A stretch of DNA of 64,000 bases, from contig LSRY02000020.1 of assembly GCA_001643675.2 (NCBI GenBank), positions 310,001 to 374,000 of the forward strand, read 5' to 3'. The translations under genes and the position numbers were made by a program. This DNA is from Monocercomonoides exilis PA203 (taxonomy: Eukaryota; Protista; Preaxostyla). Shown here one piece after another: positions 56,501 to 64,000 of the stretch (positions are counted from its first letter, which is position 1; each line of letters starts with the position of its first letter). The notes below the pieces were generated by a model. That model was not told the origin of the DNA. It saw only the letters and a list, made by a program, of their open reading frames with translations, and searched no databases.

Positions 56501-57829
56501 AACTTTATTTAATATCTTCCATCGTGATTGTTTGCGCTATTTCAAGTTTAATAAAGCGTTTGAAGTTAATGACAACTCACAATGATGAATATTACCATGA
56601 ATGGAATTTTTTCTCGCTATTTTTTTACCCATTTCAAAATTTCTAAAAAAGGAAAAACGTTGCAGCATCGGTCTTTTCCCTCAGAAAAGTGATGTGTCAA
56701 AATATATTTGAAAAGTTCCTCGACTTTAATTTTGTCCCACAAAAGATCATATATGATCAAAAAATGTTGATCATTCCGTTCCCATTTTTGTATGAAAAAT
56801 GTGATTTATTGTTATTTATTTCGCTTTTTATTGAAAAATTGGATACATATTTGTTGATATCATATGCATTTTTGACTTTATTTTGTCAGATACTTACGCG
56901 AGCGACTGCATTCCAGCTATTTGAATCAGATGAATTAAATGTTTTTATTTCCTCATTTTCATTTTATCTGTTAGAATATTCATTTGAATTTTTAAATATT
57001 TAGTAAGTTTTTCATTATTTTCCTTTGCTGAAATACAAATAATATTTGATTTGCTTGAATTATTGAATTTTTTATTAGAAATTTTCAAACATGAAAAATA
57101 CATCAAAACAACACTCGTAACAATCAAAAGATATACGAAAAGTTGTAAACATTGATCAAAAATAAATATTATCATTTTGAAATGCAGAATAATAAATTAT
57201 TTTTGTAATTAAATTTTTATTTATTACAAACTCAAAAATACAATCTCTTCTCAAATAAAGATTCATAAAGTTTGCATCAAACAACTTGTTTTCATCTAAG
57301 CTCGAGTTGTTTTCTTCTCCTTTTCATTACATCTCCATTCGTCGTTGATAGATATCCCGCTTCATATTTTTCATATTACACGTTAAAAAGCAGTTTTTCT
57401 TTGCAGGGCTGCCATTCTGATAAGAATGTGGATGTTGTGTTTTAATAGCCTATGTTTCTTCTGGCTGATGTGTTTAGAGATATCTCATTAAATTTCTTGT
57501 GGCAGTGGAAGCGCATCAGTCGTCTATTCTCTCAGAGTTTTCATCTTCTTCGTCTTCTTCTAATTGAGCATTACGCCGATCAACTTCTCCATTCCTGAGG
57601 CGTAGAAAAGAAGAGGAGAAATCTGTATGGGACAAGCAGCTAGTTTGCTCTTCATCTTCATATTCATCATCAGCGCTTGCAATTGATTCTTCATATGAAT
57701 TTGTAGTGGAGGCATTATACACGTTGGAAGCATCGATGGACGACATCCAGAGGTGGCTGCGGATTGTTGTTTAAAAAGCGGCTGAAGTGTATTCAACTCA
57801 AAAGAAATTGTTGCTTAGGGTTTGACAAG

Positions 57830-59600
57830 CTCCGCGAGGTTATGACGAGGAGCGGCTGGCGGTGCTGTGTGAAAGTGTTGTGTGTGTGTACGATGTGAAG
57901 CTTTTGGTGATGCTTTCGGTTCGGCTAATGGACCCGCTTCCATCGCTTGCAGCATCTGTGGGCACGAAGTCGTGGAGCAAGCTGTTCTTTTCTTCAGCTG
58001 ATGCGAATGCGTTCCAGTCGATCTACGATCTGTTTGACCCTTCAATGTTGATATCGTTATCGTCTCAGTTGTAATCTTTGGAAGTGAAGCTGGATGATGA
58101 AGTGATGTGTCGAGGGATAGCAGTGTGTGAAGGACAGAGGAGGGAGCGGAGAAGGAAATTGAGGCGGCGATGCTGTGGATGGAGGATGTAGTTCTGCCAC
58201 CAGCAGCGATTGCGCTGGCGGTGCTGGAGGAGCGAGAAGAGGCAGAGGAAGGAGAAAGGGGATGCAAAGAGGGAGAAGAAAAGGGAAAAGAAAAGGGAGA
58301 AGAAGATGGAGGGAGAGATGGAGGTGATGGGAATGAGGAGAAAGGCGGGTATCCGACAGCGCACAGAGAGCATGTGGAGAGAATCGAAGAGATTCAGGTG
58401 ATGCTGGAAGAAGCGATGACTCCGATGGTTGTGGATGTGCTTGGGCTGAGTGGGCTAAGGTTTGTGAAGGCAGAGACTGAGGTGGGCGCAGACAAGCAGC
58501 ATTCTGTGGAACCAGAAGAGTGCAGTTTTTTTCCATCCGATGGCATCCAACAGGAGAACAGGAGAGCAGTTGAAGAAGCAGCAGATGGATCTTTGGGAAT
58601 AACTTCAGATGGAAGAGGAGGAAGTTTGAGGAACAGGTGGAAATATAAGTTGATCATTTGACAATAATTGAGGAAAAAGATAAATCCGATGAAGTGATAA
58701 GTGGGAAAAAGTCGTTCGATTTATGCGGAGTGATAAGAAGAAGAGGAGGAAGAGGGAGGAAGAGGGAGGAAGAGGGAGGAAGAGGGAGGAAGAGGGAGGG
58801 AAAATTGAGTGCAGATAGAAGAGCGGAGTGCATTGGTTGTTCTATCTGGTTGAGGGCCGATGAGTAGTGCATTGAACCAAAAAGGCAATCAGCGAATGAT
58901 GCGTGTGCGCATTGCAGATGAGCAGACTTTGGACGTGCTGGGTGAGCTGAACATACCGCTGCACAGAAGTTGTGCTAAGATGCAGGTGAAATGGTGGAGA
59001 TCCTGTTGAGAAACAAAGTCGAAGATGAATCTAACTTTAGAGCCGTGCGAGATCCTCATGTAGCATGCGACTAAGAGTGAAGCAGGGATGAAACACGCGA
59101 TTGTGGAAGATTTGGCGGTTATGTTTTTCGTTCTTGTTGAATGGTTCGAGCACAAAGCAGAGGAGAACGAGTTTGTGTGTGGTATCATTATCAGCCAGGA
59201 TGAGTTGATCCGCCTTGCTAATGCGCACACTTTGATGAAGCAGCGACTACTGTGCTGTGGAGTTACAGCGTCGTTAGGTATTGCACATGGATGATTCAGT
59301 GAAGGTGAAGTTCACAACGGAGAAGGGAATTGAAGCTTCACGGCAGAGCAGAGAAGGAGCAGAAGTAGGAAAAGCGAAGGAGATTCTGAGCAATTGTTCA
59401 GCGACACTGTCAGTGCATGCGTTTGAGTGTGTGTTTGATGGGGCGCCTGATGCGGATAAACAGCTGATATGGCTCGGTAAGTAAATGGAGGCATAGGTGC
59501 AGAAGGCGGGGAAGCGTGTTCATTCAACACGTCAGACAAGAGTCTCGGTACAGAGGAGGAGTATATTTTGAGAAGACAATCGAATGCTGTTCAAACAATA
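57830..59600 (+). pseudogene. Cargo: gene X fragment (also in element A, and diverged in element B)
   Basis: Plus-strand ORFs 57862-58074, 58170-58661, 59088-59294 and 59281-59484 are homologous to 45740-46990. Confidence 0.7.
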
Positions 59601-61958
59601 GGGGAATGTAGCTATGATGCTTAGTACGCCATTTCTAACCGACCACGCTTTTTCATCGGTAACTCCTGTGGATGCTCCCATGGAGTTGAAGATGGCAGCA
59701 GAGAATCTGCATTTCAATTTTGTTTCTTCTTCTTCGTCGTCTTCATCGTTAATTTCTATTTTTTTTTTGAGTGTCTATTCCTTCTTCTCATCATCCTCTT
59801 CATCTCAAATATCTCATCTGTCACATTCCTCATCTTTTCTCTTTTCATCAGCCTCAGCGCATACATCTCTGGAAGCATTTGTTTTGAACAGTATATCGAA
59901 TGCATGTGTTCTGACGAGTTGCCCGTTGATGTTTCTTGTTTCATTGGCTTTACGGTATTTGCGCAGCTCCATCGACAGCATAATCTCCTGATGCGAAGAA
60001 GAAGAGCGCTTGCGCAACGAATGGGACGAAGGCATCAGAGGTGGCACATCGTCAAGAGGAGTGGTGGATTTGAACAGACGAGGAGGCGAATAGAAGAAGC
60101 GCTTATGCGAAGAAATGTGTGAAGATGGAGAGTATGTGCCAAGGAGAAGCGGTGGTGCATCAGCAGCGGAGAAGGATAGAGGAGCAGACAGAGCTGATGA
60201 AAGAGATGAGGAGGAAGTGGTGGAGATGATAACAGACGAAGTGACTGCAGCTGGCAAGTCTGATGAGGTAGTTGGGGCTGCAACAGCAGTAGATTGTTGG
60301 AGGCTTCCTGGATGAGCCAAATGAGACTGATGCGAGGGAGAGCTTGCCTGTGTGAGTAACTGCTGTGATGCGACAAAGAAGAGCGCTTGTGTATGTGTGG
60401 AGAGAGTTCGTGTTCATAGAGGAAGACAAAGATTGAGATTGAGACTGAGACTGAGATGAAGGCTGAGGCTGTCGGATGAGTGCAGGGCCAGGCGAGGTGG
60501 ATGTGGACATCTGCTGGATGGGCTGAGAGAAAGAAAGAAGAGCAGAGAAAGAGAAGAAAGCGAGAGATGTTGGAGAAGTCAGAGAGGCTAAGGAAGAAGA
60601 AGCAGAGGAAGATAAAGGTTGAAGGGAAGAAGACGATGACGACGAAAAAGAAGAAGAAGATGATGATGCAATGGATGCAGTTGAAGATCCTCCAAGCACA
60701 ATCGTCGGAGCCAACAGTGATGCAGAAACAGAAGACGATGTGTCATCAAAGAAAGAGCGAAGCGTGGCTAACGCAAAAGTTACAGAAAATGGAGTGTTTG
60801 ATGTGCTTATCTCAGAGCGATGAGCTGTTGATGAGTGTGTGCGTGCTATTGACGTGGTTGTTTGAGTGATGGAGGGAACAGGGAAGATGACGGTAGTGGT
60901 TGAGACAGATGCAAAGGCGCATACTGCAAATAAAGGAAAAGCAGATATAGAAGAAGATAAAGAAGATGAAGAAGAAGGAGAAGGAGAGGAAGAGGAAGAA
61001 AAAAGAGAAGAAGAAGTTGATGATTGTGATGACGGCGATAAAGAAGAAAGCGAAATGCTATATTGGAATTCTTGAACTTGCAAGTTTGGCGAATGCTGAG
61101 GAAAAGAAGGAGAGATGGCTGCGATCCGTTGAGGAAATATCTCTGGATGAGATGAGTGTGCAGCAGGCGCTGATGGAACAGATGGAAGTCGAACCGAAGA
61201 AGTGAAAGAAGAAGATGAAGAAGAAGAAGAAGGAGAAGAAGAAGGAAAGAGAGGAAACAAGGGCTGAAGTTGAATGGCTTGGGGAAACGAATGAAAATGA
61301 AGCATATCGTTGTGTAGGAGTTTTTGAATGTTGTGAGCGAAGAGTGAGAGGTGAATGAGGAAGAATGGAAGGTGAGGAAGTTTGTGGAGTGGGAGAAGAT
61401 ACATGCTGTGCGGATGTATGCGTGTGATGTGGTGATGATGAACACTGCAGCTTCGTAGATGTCGACTGAGGTGCTGATGCAAAAGACAGGATCGATCGCG
61501 CTGCAAAGTGGCAGTGCGAAAAGGACATAAAGCAATTCACTGAAGTGTGATGGAGCTCTAACGTTGTTTTATACATTATGCTTCTTGCTGAGAAAAGTGT
61601 TTGTGCTATATCAAGCACATTTGATGATAAGGTCGTCGAATATGTGTTGCAGCAGAGAGAGAGAGAGGGCTCATAGTGGGGTGAAAGCAGAAGGGAGGGT
61701 GCAGGTGGCAGTGTGGAGAGACGGGGGATATATGTCGCAGAATGCGGAGAAAGAAGTGCTGCTTGAGTTTCTGGAGAAGAAGAATCTGCAAAGGGAAGAT
61801 ATTGACTTGATGATGATTTAATGGTAGTTAAAGGAGAAGAGCGTATCTGAAATTGTGGTTTGGATCCTGTCGGATGCATGAAGGATGGTGCTGTGGCGTA
61901 AATGCATGAGACAATTATGGTGAAAGTGAGGCAAGTGTGTTGGAGTTTCGCCATCTGA

Positions 61959-62546
61959 TCAATGTGCATATTTTTGTGTTTGGAATTGAAGAAGAAGAGA
62001 TGATGACGAAGAGAGAATAAAAGTGGAGTGAAGAAAAACGGATGACTGAAGAGAGAAGATGAGCTTTGACAAGATTGTTTCAACCCCAACTGTCACCATT
62101 GCCGTATTTGCTCCTGCGGTGGCATCAGAAACTGTCCATCCACTTTGATCGTTGTTTCCTCGAATTTCGTGCTTCTGTCCAGTAAAATCCAATTCATCAC
62201 TCATCAAAATCATTCCATTCACAACAACCTTCTTTGTTCCTGTAAGCCTTGTGAGTGAGTGCTTCATTGTTAAACAAGGGAATTGGACGATCCCACAATG
62301 TGAGTGATCGGATGCCTCAGAATTGCTCACAAAGATTTCTTCTGAAGTGGGAAGGAGATAGACGCACAGTGGAATGGCAACACTTGTATTTCCATTGTCA
62401 TATCCTCGAACCTTTTCAAAAGAATCCAAAGAGGCTGTGGCACATGCAATTTTTCTTGAAGTTGCAATTTCTTCCAGATTAAACAAAAAAACAAAGATAT
62501 ATCTTCCCCACTTGGCTGTATTTATTTCGAATGAAAAGGATATCAA
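61959..62546 (-). pseudogene. Cargo: internal fragment of a large surface-protein family (IFVS...SDHSHCG...FPCLTMKHSL motif)
   Basis: 195-aa open fragment with no signal peptide or C-terminus. Resembles the expanded oxymonad surface-protein family (recognition, not searched). Confidence 0.6.
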
Positions 62547-64000
62547 GAAGCATGGATTTTCAGTAACAATTGAACGTGAATTCCTCCCCCAAAACTGTGG
62601 AATGTCAAGGAAAATCAGTTATTGCATAATCCTTTTTCAAATATGCTTTATTCGCCACTCCCACACACAGCATCATCGAGCCTCTTTCAGCCTGTGAAAT
62701 GCTTCCGCATTAAGATAACGATAAAATCTTTGCATTGTAATTTGCATCAATAATTGATGAAATAAATGTTAACTATCTTCTGGAAACTTATCAAGCAAAA
62801 AAAGAAAGTTTTAATAATACATCGAAAAATGAAACGTTCATACCAAAATTTAACGAAAACTGTTTTATTTATGTATTTTTCATGTTAATCTAACCAAAGC
62901 GTTCTATTTTCACTTTCATGTTGAGTTCAGGCTCATTAAGCAAAAGAAAAATACTATTCAAATGTAATTTTGAACTAACATTGGAAATCAAGTTTGACAG
63001 GAAAAAAAATCGAAATACACTATGAATAATTCTTTGTTTAGCAATTGAAAAATAGTTCAATCAAGTGAAACACTTATTCATGGAAAAATTGATATTTTTA
63101 TTTTGATCAAAAAATTTGATGTATAATTTTTTGAAATAGCGTATTTTTTCTCATAAAGAAGTTTGTTATGAACCAACAAATATCACTGTGAAAATTCGTT
63201 TGTATCATTTGAATAATGGTCACGGAGTGTTTAAAAAAAACCTTCCATCGGACAAATTTTTGATCTGATGTCACTTAACAAAAAAATATAGACATTTCGA
63301 GAAAGAGGAAGGAACGTCGATGAGAGACGCGAAAAAGGCGAAGAGAAGAAGGGTCAGAGGAATGTTTTTTGAAGATGCGATAAAATAAAGAGCAAATAAT
63401 ATGAGATGAAGCTATCTCAACATTGATTTCAGCTCATGTGTTAAATTAGAAGAACCATTGAAAGAAAATATAAGAAAATATATGAATACACGATTCTTTT
63501 GGAAAAAGTGTTCAAGGAGAGGAATGCAAATTTGAGGAATATTTGAAATCGGAGAAAGAGGAGGAAAAAGAAGAAAATTAAGGAATTGAATGGAAAACAT
63601 AATGAAAAGCAAAAAATATTTCTTTCATAGTTTCATTTGCTTCAACATCACTTTTTTCAACATTCCCATCAGAGTTTTTTTTTCAAAAAGTCCAAATCTT
63701 GTTCCCTGTCCTAATTTCTTGCGAGCTCCTTTTCTTCTTATTCCCTTTTGTTTCCAGCAAATTTTGTGCAATTCCTTCAAAGTGAATTGAAAAATCATTT
63801 TCCATATGGAATCTGTTATTGATGATTCGCAGAACTGATAAAGAAGATAAAAACGCGATTATGTTTGGATAAAAAAGATAATACAATTCCTTTCAAAGAA
63901 GCTATTATAATTCTTGTCGCTTTAAAATAACTTTCCATACCATATAAACATGGGGTAAAATATGGACTTTCAAGCTTTTTATGCACAAGGCATTGAAAAA

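Larger units (their letters stand above)
56696..63293 (+). mobile_element. Pack-type element C (6.6 kb) carrying a mosaic of host-gene fragments
   Basis: Ends GTCAAAATAT... and ...AAATATAGAC with flanks ATGT/ATTT. Left and right subterminal motifs sit at the same offsets as in element B. Confidence 0.75.

Noticed and set aside
60160-62089. Long ORFs (448 and 343 aa) as intact genes
   Set aside because: They are low-complexity overlapping frames with no domain, inside element C, and consistent with fragment mosaics.

Overview
AT-rich eukaryotic DNA using the standard genetic code, with short GT-AG introns. Composition, low-complexity Ser/Glu-rich ORFs and surface-protein fragments suggest an oxymonad such as Monocercomonoides (inference). 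Only one gene is clearly intact: a two-exon gene (7965-13021, +, ~1662 aa) for a type-I membrane protein with two tandem CPAF/S41-type serine protease domains. The rest is a transposon graveyard with decayed IS630/Tc1, pogo, ISXO2/Merlin and PIF/Harbinger-like transposases, a CAC...GTG foldback element and a (TTTA)n array. It also holds a set of ~240-275 bp MITEs, most with G-starting TIRs and 4-bp A-N-N-T target-site duplications. The main finding is that this TIR/TSD signature also bounds large non-autonomous elements: 45106-50041, 56696-63293, and an inverted sibling ending at 39393. These carry mosaics of decayed host-gene fragments, i.e. a Pack-type gene-capturing transposon family. All alignments were done by eye.
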